NCBI GenBank assembly: GCA_964016885.1
Contig: OZ024745.1
Coordinates: forward strand, 100,998,001-101,062,000
DNA from: Eledone cirrhosa
Taxonomy: Eukaryota
DNA length: 64,000 bases
Reading direction: 5' to 3'
Shown piece by piece: positions 1 to 12,985 of this stretch (its first letter is position 1; every line of letters starts with the position of its first letter). The position numbers and the translations under genes were made by a program. Under the pieces are notes generated by a model. It did no database searches. It saw nothing but the letters and a program-made list of their open reading frames with translations, and had not been told where the DNA came from.

Positions 1-204
1 TCGCGCGTTTGCGCATGCGTGTTTAATTTCTACGTTTCTAAGCGAAGGCATTTATTTGGTTATATGCGCGTAGGAATGTGTACATTCCTCTTGACAAATT
101 AAAACCTATGAAAGTGTAACAAGTTTTACATACGAAAATAGAAAACAAGAGAACGTGTGTTGTAACAATACCAGTAGCATACAGACTGATAAATGCATTT
201 TAGA

Positions 205-781
205 CTAGCAGTGGTACCCGGTGTTGCACGGGATAAGGCATTTTGTAACACGGGCCGCCAACAGACCTAATCGTGGAAAAACTGCATACCTGGACAATAT
301 GTAAAGAAAATAAACCGAATACTCTGATGGCTGGATAATCTTTAAGATTTTTCTCGATGAAGCAGGAAAAATGTAGCTTTTCACCTAGGGGATCAAGAAA
401 ATTAATTTTTTTATGTGCATAATATGCCTTGAAATTTCGGGAAAATCGGCTAGACGTAACGCCTCAAAAAAGCCCTAAAAAGCTGAAAAAATGAAGTTTT
501 TAACCTAATGCGGGCCCTAGGCCATAAAAAAGTTGGATTTTCCTTGCTCACGGTATGAAGAAGAGACTGACTAATACATAGTTACAATTTCAAGGAAATC
601 GGTCTGTCGTAACGCCTCAAAATAACCATAAAAAGCTAAAAAAAACGCAGTTTTTCACCTAATGCGGGCCCTAGAAGATCAAAAAGTTGAATTATTTTAT
701 GTGCATAACACTCCCTGAAAAATAAGTAATACACATGTAAAATTTGAAAAGAATCGGTTGGGTACTTCTCGAGTTTAAGGG

Positions 782-876
<95 letters not shown>

Positions 877-1164
877 TCCTCAGGGACGTGACGTAAAGCA
901 GACAGACAGATATACAGACAGATATTATAAGGGCGCGACGTCATTTGTATGTATCTATCTACAAAGAGAAAGACTAAGAATTATAGAGACAGATCGCCAA
1001 ATCGCCTAGGGCATTGAACATTTGAAATTTTCTTTGCTCAGAACACTCCCTGAAACATAAGTATTACATGTGTAAAGTTTGAAAACAGTCGGTTGGGTGC
1101 TTCTCGAGATTTTAGAGATTCAAACTCACATACACACAGACATCCTCAGTTTTATATATATAGA
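205..1164 (-). mobile_element. Non-autonomous Helitron, full length, with internal ~120-140 bp tandem repeats and (CA)n
   Basis: Minus strand begins A|TCTATATATATAAAA and ends with hairpin CCCGTGCAACACCGGG, 8 nt, then CTAG|T. Inserted between A and T with no TSD (canonical Helitron termini). Confidence 0.85.
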
Positions 1165-1289
1165 TAAGTTAATCTAGTAACATTTAACTGCCGTAATCTC
1201 ACAGCTATTATTTCAGTGTACAGTGTGGTATATTGTATTATCGATAGCAGCATGTATGGTATATCAACTGCAACGGCTGTTGAAGCTGT

Positions 1290-1800
1290 AGCATGTATAG
1301 TAACAGTGACAGTGGTGACAATAACAGCAGTGGTAGTCATGAGAATAACGGCAATGGTGGTCGTGAGAATAACTGGTGAGATGGCCGTGAGAATAACAGC
1401 GGTGGTAGACTCGAGGATAACAGCAATGATAGCCGTGAGAATAACTGGTGCGATAGTCGTGAGAATAACAGTGGTGGTAGACGCGAGGATAACAGCAATG
1501 ATAGCCGTGAGAGTAACTGGTGCGATAGTCGTGAGAATAACAGCGGTGGTAGACGCGAGGATAACAGCAATGATAGCCGTGAGAATAACTGGTGAGATAG
1601 TCGTGAGAATAACAGCTGTGATAGTCATGAGAATAATAGTAGTGATGATAGTCGTGAGAATAACAACAGCAATGATAGTCGAGAGAATAACTGCATTGAA
1701 AGTCGTGAGAATAACAACTTTGATAGTCGTGAGAATAACAACTTTGATAGTCGTGAGAATAACAACAGCAATGATAGTCGTGAGAATAACAGCAATGAGA
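1290..1800. repeat. Minisatellite of 21/24-bp units (GTCGTGAGAATAACAGCAATGATA-like) with 63-bp higher-order period
   Basis: GTGAGAATAAC recurs about 20 times. All unit lengths are multiples of 3, giving overlapping stop-free ORFs. Confidence 0.9.
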
Positions 1801-2449
1801 CGTATCAACAGATGGATGCATCAACAGCTGCAGTTATTATACCAGCACCTTCTGTGACATTGGTTCATGTCACTGGTCACGAGATCACTAGCACAAACTT
1901 AATTCTAGATCAGGATTCGGGAACCTCTTTAATATGAAAAGCGAGTGTAACCCCCCCCCCACCACCCCCCCCCCCCGCACACACACACTTCAAATCAAAA
2001 CCCCCAAAATAAAAATACCTGAGTCTTCGGTGTCACAGAATTTATTAGAAACAAAAACACATACATAAAAATATTAAGTTAGCTTACTTTTAAAAATTAA
2101 TTGAACCGTATCTGAAATTGCTCCAGTGTCCGAGTTAGAATGTTTGGCTTTAATTTTAATATGAATAAATAAATAAAGAAAATAGATAAAATAAAAGTTT
2201 CTGGGCGTCTACGAGTCATTCGAATAAGCTAAAGTGCCACACAAGGCTCAGGAGATGCACATTCTCGACTTCTGTTCAAAGAACAAAATTAAGGAATTTG
2301 GTTCTTTTGTGTTCGGACTTTGTGTATATATGTGTATATGGGAGGGAATGAGTATTTAGTAGAAAAAGAAAAAATAAAGAAAATTTAGACTCAAAAGAAT
2401 GGAAAGTGAAACAGGAATATATAAAGAAAAAGATAAAAAAAAAACATCA

Positions 2450-2655
2450 ACGGAAAAGGGAAGGAATAGCAAGGTCGCTAGTGTCACAGAAAATGGGGAG
2501 GGGGAAGGGTAGGATGAGTAAGATTTGGGCTTAGGGCGCGGCGGTAAAGGTGCTGTGCCGCGCGGACATTGGCCAACAATACCCGCTGCAAAAACCGCAC
2601 CACCTTGTGGGGCTCCTTCCTCAGACGGGCCGCCGTCGTTAAATTCGATTTCAGA
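2450..2655 (-). mobile_element. Decayed 3' end of CRE-clade retrotransposon (tail type 2)
   Basis: Aligns by eye with 3950-4165, which encodes the CRE-like C-terminal motif. Confidence 0.5.
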
Positions 2656-2702
2656 TGCGGTTACTCTATTTACATATATTATTAATATAGAAATAGAATA
2701 TA

Positions 2703-3122
2703 CTAGCAGAATGGCCCGGCGTTGCTCGGGATTCTAAACATAGATTGACATGTTTATCCTTCCTTTTTGAAACAGTTTCGTCGTATGTTCACCAATTGAT
2801 GCAGAAGTCCTAATAAAAAGTGAAGTCGCCTTGAGTGAATAGGCAAATAATTTTCCATTAAGATTTTTTAAAAGCATGTAATTGCGTTCCGTCTCTTTTT
2901 TTGTTGTTGTTTTTGCTGGTGTTGGTGTGATAGCAACCGTTGGTCGTACTACTAACACAGTCTCAGCCAATCGTGTATATCCCCTTCTGCCTCGTCAGCA
3001 ATGAGAACAATATTTGCTCTAGGGTTCTTATATATTTGATATATATTTATCCTTATCGAGCCTCGTGAAATAAATACGTTTGTTTATATTTTGTTATTGT
3101 GTATGCAAAAATATCTGTACAC

Positions 3123-3176
<54 letters not shown>

Positions 3177-3425
3177 CAGATTAAAGTTTAAGCGAAGAAT
3201 CGCTGCTTTCACATTTAAAGAGATTTTCTGAAACTAAAACAAATCAATCTGTGAACGCAGACGTAAATATTTCGAAAAACGTTACACACTATATATATAT
3301 ATACACACACTATATATACATATATATATACACACACACAGATAGTGTCATAATGCCGTAATGCAAACAGCCAGACATACAAACATATATAAGGGCGCGA
3401 CGTTATAGCTATGTATCTATCTAAA

Positions 3426-3468
<43 letters not shown>

Positions 3469-3648
3469 GCTAAATCGCCTAATGCGGTCTCTAGGCTATT
3501 GAAAATTCGAAACATTTTTTGCTCAAAACACTCACACGACCATAAGTATTACATGTGTAAAGTTTGAAAACAATCAGTTGGGTGGTTCTCGAGTTTTAGG
3601 GAGTCAATTAGAGAGACAGACAGACATTCTCTCTTTTAGATATATAGA
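2703..3648 (-). mobile_element. Non-autonomous Helitron, full length
   Basis: Minus strand A|TCTATATATCTAAAAG ... CCCGAGCAACGCCGGG-CCATTCTG-CTAG|T. The 5' region is shared with 205-1164 and 30177-30830. Confidence 0.85.
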
Positions 3649-3949
3649 TTAACATATAAATTCTGATCATTTCCATTTGCTCGTCCGTTGGTGTATGTTT
3701 AGATATCAATACATAAGATGTATTTCACATCATATATTTTCTTCATCTGAACATAAAATGGTATTCTTTAATTATATACCGAAAACAAGAACTAAGTAGA
3801 TAACTCCAGAAACAGTTTCTGTGGTGTTAACATCTTTTGTTATAAATCAATCACCATATTATATGCACTCCTTAGAAGTATCGATAATTATCAAATGTGC
3901 ACCAACTCAGGACATTTGTAATCAATGAGAGAGAAAGAAAGAAGAAAAA

Positions 3950-4165
3950 AACGGAAAAGGGTGGGAATGGCAAGGACTATAGTGTTACTGAAGAATCGGG
4001 AGGAGGAGGGGAGGATGATTGGACTCTGGGCCTAGGGTGCGGCGGTAAAGGGGCTGCGACACACGGACAGACCACAAAAGCATTCCCGCGGACAATGGTC
4101 AGCGACACCCACGGGGCTAAATCCTCAGACGGGTCGCCGACGTTCCGATCTTGCGGAGGAGCTTG
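3950..4165 (-). mobile_element. Decayed 3' end of CRE-clade retrotransposon (tail type 2)
   Basis: Reverse strand reads KLLRKIG..GDPSE..VSLTIVRGNAF, matching QRISLTILRGNA in the better preserved copies. Confidence 0.6.
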
Positions 4166-4596
4166 ACTGTACGGGGGTCCAAGTAAGCTACGTTTTTTTC
4201 ACTGTATGTCTACTTTAATTCAATGTCACAATAACACAAAAAACGACCAATTTTAAGATGATCATCAGCAGCCAGAGTGACAGAAGAGTAACGACATAGT
4301 TAAAGTTAATGAAACCTAACATAGAATTTACTGGATTAATTACTTTAAATGATGTTATTTAGATGTTTAACGACGTAAAAAATACAGTAAAGCAACAATA
4401 AAAAGCCTAGCTTGTTGTAGTTGATGGAGTGGTAGAGTGTTGGACTGAAATCTCACAGGGAATAATTTTGCCTTTCATGCTTCCGGGCTCAATAAATTAC
4501 TAGTTAAATACCGGGTTTGATTCAAATCGAATTACACTTCTCCTTAAAGTGTTGGCTTTGAACCTAAATTAGAAACTATTAATATTATGAGTGATG

Positions 4597-4786
4597 GTGG
4601 ATTGGCAGTATCAGTAGACCGTCAGACACAATGCTTTGCAGTATAGAGTTATAGCCCTTTACGTTCTGAATTCAAATCCCGTCGAGGTTAACTTTGTCTG
4701 TCATCCTTACGGGGTCGATAAAATAAAGCACCAGTAATGCATTGGGGGTGATTGCTGACCTTGTGCCAAAAGTAGAAACAATTATT
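4597..4786 (+). mobile_element. tRNA-derived SINE (major family), flanked by older degenerate copies at 4420-4580 and 4790-4960
   Basis: A-box TGGCAGTATCAG, B-box GAATTCAAATCC, core TCATCCTTACGGGGTCGATAAAATAAAG, tail GTAGAAACAATTATT. ATTATGAGTGATGG is repeated on both sides. Confidence 0.85.
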
Positions 4787-4984
4787 ATGAGTGATGGATT
4801 ATCAGAATCATTACAGTGTGTCGAACAAAATACTTTGCAATATATGTATGTGTGTGTGTGCGTGCACGTGTGTATGTGTGTGTGCGCGTGTGGGCCACGG
4901 CTCCTGACTTCAATTCTCGCCGAGGTTAATATTGCTTTTTATCCTTCTAGAGTCGATAAAAAAAAACACAATTAACATAAACAG

Positions 4985-5180
4985 ACTCATTAACTGCTTA
5001 ATGAACACAACCACAAGGGTATGGTCCGAACCTGGAAGAGCCGAACTCCCACTGTCATGGCCTCCATCAGTCTCGCCCTCCCCATCTCTCTGTATGGTGA
5101 GAAAATGGGTATCCTAGGTGCTGGCCTCCCTACAAGCCCGGCGGACAGAATGGAGAAGGAGTTTCCCCGGAGGGTGGTAA
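4985..5180 (-). mobile_element. 3' end of CRE-clade element (tail type 1)
   Basis: Reverse complement matches 26175-26340 joined to 26679-26712 (LRGNSFSILSAG plus the 3' UTR). Confidence 0.75.
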
Positions 5181-5319
5181 GTACCAGTCAAGTACTGGTG
5201 TCGATTAAATCGACTTACTTCTTCCAGGATTTGTTGGTCTTGTGTCTATATTAGGAACAATCATTGGAAATGTCCATGTCACCTTTATTTCTATTCACCA
5301 CTACAATCACAACACTATT

Positions 5320-5336
5320 GCTACCACCACAAAACC

Positions 5337-5367
<31 letters not shown>

Positions 5368-5587
5368 TCACCACCACCACCACTACTACTACCACCACCA
5401 CCACTACTACTGCTACTACTACCACTACTGCCACCACCACCACTACCACTGATACTACTACTCCACCACCACTACTACTACTACTACCACCAACACCACT
5501 ACCACCGCCACTACCACTACTACTACTACCACTACAACCACTACTACCGCCACCACCACCACCACCACCGCTACTACTACTACTACC

Positions 5588-5621
<34 letters not shown>

Positions 5622-5919
5622 TTACTGCTGCTGCCGCTGCTGCTGTCTCTGCTGCTAGTAGTGTTACTAGTTTGGTGAAGTAAATGAGTAGGAGGGGGCT
5701 GATATTCTCAGTCCCATCACAACCACAGACACTACAACTCCATTGACCTGGAGAAGTTAGCTGTTTGCGCCTGGCTAGTTTTCTGAAATTTTATCACCAT
5801 CTGCTTGCCTTCAGGTGATGAAGCTACATGATTTAATCTCATCATCTAACCACTATCACCAACCCTAACACTAACACTGCTAACATCATCACCACCACCA
5901 CCACCACCACCACCACCGT

Positions 5920-5961
<42 letters not shown>

Positions 5962-6105
5962 CAGCACTACTAACACTGCCACCTCTACCACAAACCCTAA
6001 CACTAACACTGCCAACATCATCAACACTACTACTACTACTACTACTACCCGCACTACTAGCACTGCCACCTCTACCAACAACAACAACAACAACAACAAC
6101 AACTT
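5320..6105. repeat. Compound (CAC/TAC/TGC/AAC)n trinucleotide arrays
   Basis: Directly visible at 5320-5655 and 5850-6105. Confidence 0.9.
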
Positions 6106-6841
6106 CTGTCTACCCTACACCTCTAGTCGTCCTTGCTAATAGCTTCTCCTCGCTGATTTAATGTTTCTGACCCCTTCACAACCTTACAGTGTAAGAGTTT
6201 AAGCCATCTTATTAAATCTCGAGTCTTTTTCAAATATTAACTTTATACTTCCTCTTCCTAGCTTCAAAATAAGAACCGTATGGAAGATTTTGCAGTTTAG
6301 ATCTTCATCTGCAATATTTTTTTATAGTTATTTTATCATATAGTATGTTCGTTCTTTTTTTTTTGTTTTTGTTTTTTTCGTTTTCAGAAACCTTTTTTCA
6401 TTTCCCATTTTTATTTGAACTTTTTCTTGTTTTAAACTTTTTAGATTTACCACACCCTTCACCTTCGTATCTTATTTTGACCCTGTTTTATTATTGTTTG
6501 TATTACTACTACTACTACTACTATCATATACTATTTCCGGTATTTTTACTTTTACTCTCTTACCTATTCCATTTATTTCTATTTTATTTATGATTTCTTT
6601 TTACCCTGTCTAAAACATTTTTATATTCTTTTGTTGAAATATATCTAATGTACTTGGTATCCTCTTGAACGATAATGGTTTTAATTTAGGGCGGAAGACC
6701 ACACATTTTGGTGGTGGGTGTTAGATATTTAATCGGCTTCATTTCTTCCCTGGTATTTTATGTTAGCGACGCCGGAAAGATAAAAAGCAAACTCGACTTC
6801 GGTGGGGATTCGAACTAAATACCGATTCTACCAATTCACTT

Positions 6842-7085
6842 TCTTCTTCTTCTCCCACTTATTCCTAAAAGGGTCGTGGGGACAGAGTCCCCAAACGCTC
6901 CCTCCAGTGAGTCCTGTCAGAAGCAACTGTCTCCAACTGATCCGGCTGGATCCCCAAGCGTGACAGGCTAAGCTTATGGAAGTTATCCAACCATCTTGCT
7001 CGGAGTCTACCCCTGGGTCTCTTACTTGTTGGTTTCGCCCGTAAAATCTGTCCAGCGATTCTTTCCTGGCACATTCTAAACACAC
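6842..7085 (-). mobile_element. RTE-clade LINE 3' fragment
   Basis: RMCQERIAGQILRAKPTSKRPRGRLRARW..DRTHWR, followed by a (GAA)n tail. Confidence 0.8.
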
Positions 7086-7581
7086 CGTTATATTAATATT
7101 ATATAAAGTCAGATTATATAAAGAAGACGAATTTGCATAGCTACTAGACCATCGTATGAAATGCATTGCGTTATTCGTTCTGATTCTCAGCGCTATGAGT
7201 TCAAATCCCACCAAAGTTACTTTTGCTTTTCAACCTTCATGGGTCGATAATCAAGTACTGCAGTCGATTATTTTCTCTCTACCTTCTCTCTTGCTCTCCC
7301 CTTTTCTCTCTCATTTGCCTTTCGCTGAATTCGTTATATTACATAAAGAGAAGAGTCGTGGAAGACCACACCGTTCCTTTCTCCAAAAACGGGTAGAGCG
7401 AGAGGGAGGGTCTAGCAACCCCTTCTACAAACAATGACATACTAAAGACCCCGCCTAAGGACAAACCTATGTACAGCATAGAATGATAATAAATATATAG
7501 CTAGGTGTATGTGTATCTATGTATATATCTGTGTCTATATAAATGTAAGAATGCATAAGGACATATATATATATATATATA

Positions 7582-7622
<41 letters not shown>

Positions 7623-7681
7623 TCATATATATACATACACATACATATATTTGTGTGTATATATATATATATATATTTAGT

Positions 7682-7800
7682 GAAAATGGAACGGGAACAA
7701 AACAGATAGGCAGTACGAACAAAGGTTTATTAGTTTCACGCTCTTGAGAGGGGGGCGTTTCGGGCATAAGCCCTTCTTCAGGGGAAAAGTGTGTGGGAAG
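7682..7800 (-). ncRNA. Penelope-type pLTR with hammerhead-like motif (family G)
   Basis: rc: TTTTCCC CTGAAGA A GGGC-TTAT-GCCC GAAA CGC..GCGT, then AATAAA. The cleavage triplet is imperfect. A related fragment lies at 21110-21185. Confidence 0.55.
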
Positions 7801-8444
7801 AGAGTTCCAAGGGTGTGTAGGGGAGTGGGGGAGAGACATTTAGAAAGGGGGGTGGAAGGGGTACAAATGAAAATAAATATTAAAAAAAAATAAAAATAAA
7901 AATAAACATGAAGATAAACAAGTGGTGGAAGGGTGTAGAGGTGGTGGCGGGTGGAGTGGAGAGAGAGGAGGCGGGGTGTCCGAGCGGGAAGGGCTGAAGG
8001 TGGTGTGTGTAGGTGTACGTGTGTGTGTGTGTGTGTGTGTGAATGTGAGAGTTGGGGGAAGAACGAGGTTCCATGTTCAGGAAAAGGTGTGTGTGTGTGG
8101 GGTGGGGTGTAGGATGGGGAGGGGTCAGAGCGGGGGGATTTCGGAGGCTGAGTGTGTAAATATGTGGGGGTACGCACGTGTGTGTGGTGTTTATATGTAT
8201 TGTGAATGTAGGTGGCGTGTGGGAAAAAAAATGTTTGTGAGTGTATGTCCGTGGGTAAATTCCTAAGGTAGTTCCGTAGAGGGTGTGGTGAGTGCCGGAT
8301 GTTTTCCTTGTGATGGAGTTGATTGGTGGAAGCGATGTCCAATGTGTGTAATATATATACATTCATACATATATGTATGTGTGCATAATTACATTTATGT
8401 ATCCGCTGTGCTAGGGCGAGAAATAAAATTGTAATTTTGTATAT

Positions 8445-8482
<38 letters not shown>

Positions 8483-8483
<1 letters not shown>

Positions 8484-8900
8484 CATCATCATTATCATCA
8501 TCATCATCATTTTACGTCCGATTTTCCCTGCTTGCTAGGGTGGGACGGGTCCTACTCAGCACAACATCTCTCCACTTGTCACGGTCCTTCGTCATCTCCT
8601 CCGTGAGCTTCAGCGATCTGAAGTCCGCTCTCACTACCTCCGCCCATGTTTTGCGTGGTCTTCCTCTACTGCGTCTTCCTTCTACTGGCATTTCTTGGCA
8701 CTTCTTTACCCAGCGGTCATCCTCCATGCGCATCACATGTCCATACCATCGCAATCTTCTCTCCTGCACACTACAACATAGCCCTCTTATACACAGTTTC
8801 TCTCTCAATTCATCCATGCTTGGACGTTCACGTTCACGTACATTGACATTACACATCCAACGGGGCATGTTTGCTTCATTTCTCTCCAGCCGTCGCATAT
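8483..8900 (-). mobile_element. RTE-clade LINE 3' fragment
   Basis: RRLRWYGHVMRMEDDRWVKK..EGRRSRGRPRKTW..DRDKWR, ending in a (ATG)n tail. Confidence 0.9.
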
Positions 8901-9123
8901 CCTCTGTGTGTGTGGGGTGTGTGTGTGTGTGTGTGTGTGTGTGACTACAGATTCTAGTTTTAAAAAGTAATGTTTAAAATGACCGGAAGTATTCTTCGAC
9001 CGATCGGAAACCTGCAGCCGTTATCAATGTAGTTGGAATGTCTTTTGTAACAGGTCTGTTCGAGAACCACAAACTTGTTCCTGGATTATAGACGATTTAA
9101 ATTAACAACCTTGGTTTCGTTAT

Positions 9124-9320
9124 ATTGGCTGTATCGCTAGAGCACCAGACACCATGCTTTGCTGCATAGAGTTATGACCCATTACGTTCTGAGTTCAAAT
9201 CCCGCCAAGGTTAGCTTTGCCTTTCATCTTTACGGGCTCGATAGAATACAGTACCAGTAACCAACTGCGATTTAATTGACTTTCCCCCTCCTCTAAAATT
9301 GCTGGCCTTGTGCCTAAATA
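9124..9320 (+). mobile_element. tRNA-derived SINE
   Basis: A/B boxes, core and tail match the family. Confidence 0.8.
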
Positions 9321-10406
9321 TATGTGAAGAGAGAATGAGTGAGATAGAGAGAGAGAGAGATTAATAAGTGCGCTAAGCGGCCGACGTGTACAACAAAGTT
9401 ATATCTGTATATAGAGAGAGTAGGTAACCGAAACTGCACCAATGTTTATGTAAATATACACAGGTTTAATATATAGACATGTACATATGCCAGAAAATAC
9501 GAATTTCCCTGTAAATTGTGTCTTCATCCGAAGGCGTATGTATCGTCCAGACTTATATACACATTCGCTATTAGTGGTATTTTGAAATGGACGTACTAAT
9601 TTGCATATAACCAACGCTCGTGTTGGCAGTTCAAATATATATTGAGAACCTTAGCAAACTTCTTTATACCAGTGTATCATTAAAAATTAGTGTTTTATAT
9701 ACAAATACGATAGATTCGCCATAAATTTCAACAGGAGATGGTCACAGCTGGATGTCCGGATGTTAGTTTACGTTATTATTATTTATAATTTTCACAGAGT
9801 GTGGTGGCAACAAGTTAATCAGGATGAGTCGCCCTATATAGTAGTATTGGATTTACACGTGAAGTATAACTCTTCGTATGTCCTGCTGGTTTTATCCCGT
9901 GGTCGTCTATGTTCAACAGTTTATATTTGATTAACAAGACCTCATAGGATGTTCAAATTTATACTAATACCTAGTATTTGTAAGTTGGTGTTAATATATT
10001 TCATGCAAGGGGCAATAATAAAAAACTAATTAGAAATAAATATACAGTGGTAAGAAGCTAAAAATTGATCTTACTCAACAATTAATTTTAAACAAATATG
10101 GGGAAAAAACTCCGGACATTTCCTGCCTTATTCTTACCTCCTCATTAACGAATAGCCACCTGCCGCCCCTAGGCACATACTAACATACTTATATTTAAAA
10201 TAAGGTAGTAACATGTGCTTACGCCGTATTTCGCTACATAGGATTAGTCTGTTACTTAGGATTATAAAAAACCCTCTGAATGGAAAAAAGGATGAGTATC
10301 GACATACATGGTACACGAACCCACATCTTTGGTTTGCCGGACCAATGTGTTATCAAAAGGCCACCCCTGATTCCTTCAATTCAATTAGAAGCTATATAAC
10401 TATAGC

Positions 10407-10590
<184 letters not shown>

Positions 10591-10657
10591 AAGTTTGTCC
10601 TCATCAGTGGCCTTCCAACCGTCGTAGGCATTTCGTCGCATTAAAGGCCATTATGTA

Positions 10658-10697
<40 letters not shown>

Positions 10698-10717
10698 ATG
10701 GTTAAAAGAGTTCCATG

Positions 10718-10788
10718 TATTTTATTATGCGCATTTCAAAAACAAATATCATCATGCAATAACATTTGCGTTTTCGTCAGATAAAATA
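10718..10788 (-). ncRNA. Type I hammerhead ribozyme (family C), intact core
   Basis: rc: TATTTTAT CTGACGA AAACGCAAAT..ATTTGTTTTT GAAA TGCGC ATA ATAAAATA. 8-bp stem I, palindromic stem III, AUA cleavage site. Confidence 0.8.
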
Positions 10789-10927
10789 GGGAGACATGAT
10801 ATGAAGGTTAAAATCACTTGTGAATAGTGCAGTTTTAAATCAACATATATATATATATATATATACCGTCGAAATAGCCGTCGAAACGGCTTGAGCTCTG
10901 CCATCGGGGTCATACTTTTTCCTATGT

Positions 10928-11160
10928 ATATAAATATTGAGACACAAAGCAGACTTTGTTTACAAACGGTTAGCGAATTTGAAAATTAGGTTACAACATG
11001 TGCTTACGCCGTATTTTTTCCATTCAGAGGGTTTTTTTAAATCCCAACTAGCAGACTAATTCTATGTAGTCAAATACGGCGTAAGCACATGTTATTACCT
11101 AATTTTCAAATTCGCTAGCCGTTTGTAAACAAAGCCTGCTTTGGTTCTCCCTATTTATAT
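10928..11160. repeat. Fold-back (inverted duplication) fragment; related copy at 10200-10290
   Basis: 10928-11015 is the imperfect reverse complement of 11072-11160. Confidence 0.75.
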
Positions 11161-11332
11161 ACATATATTTATATTCATTGGGGTGAAAAAATAAATTGTT
11201 TAGAGATTAGATAAGTCAGAGATACCATTTGCATGAAATAGGATAATTAAGTTAATTCTAATATATTTAATATAGTAAGCATTAAAATACTAACTTGAAA
11301 TAAATGTGAGGCGAGGAAATAACGGTATTGGT

Positions 11333-11514
11333 ATTGGCAGTATCGGTAGAGGGTCGGACACCATGCTTTCCAGCATAGTTACGTCCCTTTACGATCTGAG
11401 TTCAAATCCCGCCGAGGTTGACTTTGCCTTTCATCCTTACGGGGTCGATAAAATAAAGTACCAGTAATGCACTGGGTAATTGTTGGCCTTGTGCCTAAAG
11501 TAGAAACAATTATT
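11333..11514 (+). mobile_element. tRNA-derived SINE
   Basis: Near-consensus A-box, GAGTTCAAATCC B-box, core and tail. Confidence 0.9.
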
Positions 11515-11667
11515 TAATATATATATTTCGGACAAGAATGTGAGGTAAGCAGGAGTGTGTTTCGATTTATTACAACCTCATCGGTGAAGTAGATCCTTCT
11601 ATACTTTCAGAAAAATCGATGTGTCACTAAGTAAATCTACAAGCTGGCTGACTTAGAAATATAGAAT

Positions 11668-11856
11668 TGGTTTCTGATTTAGGCACAAGGCCAACAATTT
11701 ATGGTGGGAGGGGAGAACTCGACTAAATCAACGCCAGTGCATTATTGGTACTTTATTTTATCGACCTCGTAAAGGCAAAGCTAACTCAGACCGTAAAGGG
11801 CAATAACCCAATGCCGTAAAGCATGTTGTCCGACGCTCCACCGATACTGCCAATCC
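11668..11856 (-). mobile_element. tRNA-derived SINE
   Basis: Reverse-complement family match with an internal deletion. Confidence 0.8.
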
Positions 11857-12325
11857 TATAGAATTGATATCTACTTGGCTTCTTAGTAGCATGTGATTAT
11901 GTATCTATTTATATATATCTGGAGCTAATCATATTTTCTGATATGATTGTTATATTTGATGTTAGAAATCAATATATATTTCTTATATTAACACAAGACG
12001 GTAGATTATAGAGAAGAGGTGCAGTGAAATTAATTGACATCTACTTAACTATAAATTATTTTATCGATCCAGGAAAGATGAAAAGCAAAGTGATTGAGGA
12101 GGGAATTTTTTCAGTACATGACTATAATGAATAAACTTATTTGTAATATTGAAATTTTTCCTTGCAGAAAATTAATATTCCATGTTTTCATACATATACA
12201 TACACACACACACGCACATACATACAGGCGTACAAATATATATATAGACATTACACACACACACAAATATATATAGACATTACACACACAAATATATATA
12301 TAGACATACAAATATATATATAGAC

Positions 12326-12435
<110 letters not shown>

Positions 12436-12737
12436 TTTTTTCGTTGCTACGGACCCCGCGGCTGAACTACCGGTCGCTATCTTCAATTTGCAAAGCCCTT
12501 TAAACTGTATGTTATTACTCTGAGGTTGTATACCTTGTCGAGTGCTTGGCTGTCGAGTGCTTCTGAATGCATTCGTCGGCTTAGCTGCGGCTCAAGCTTC
12601 GAATATGCTGTACTTCCATTTGTATATGTATATATATACATGTACTAACAAACATATACATATATACACATATATATACATCATATATATATTTATATAT
12701 ATAGTTTTGTACATAGATACCTACATATATATATATA

Positions 12738-12770
12738 CTAGCTGAGGTACCCAGCTTCGCCAAGGTTAAC
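12738..12770 (-). mobile_element. Isolated Helitron 3' terminus
   Basis: rc ACCTTGGCGAAGCTGGGTACCTCAG-CTAG|T. No matching 5' TC end found. Confidence 0.5.
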
Positions 12771-12985
12771 AAATGATAAGAGAAGACCGGCAGAAGAGAA
12801 CACGTCTGTATTGAATGCATTGTCTTGTTTACAGTGTGTGTGTATTGTGTGTGTGTGTGTGTGTGTGTATGTGTGTGTGTATGTGTGTGTGTGTGTGTGT
12901 GTTTGTGTGAATATATATGTGTGTGTGTGTGTGAGTGTTCGTGTGTGTGTGCGTGTGTATGTATATATGTGTGTGTATGTGTGTA

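Noticed and set aside
1290-1800. CRISPR-like array
   Set aside because: Contiguous degenerate tandem units with no unique spacers, in a eukaryotic context with no cas genes.
5242-6102. Poly-His/Tyr/Pro/Val ORFs
   Set aside because: Trinucleotide microsatellites with no domain or splice context.
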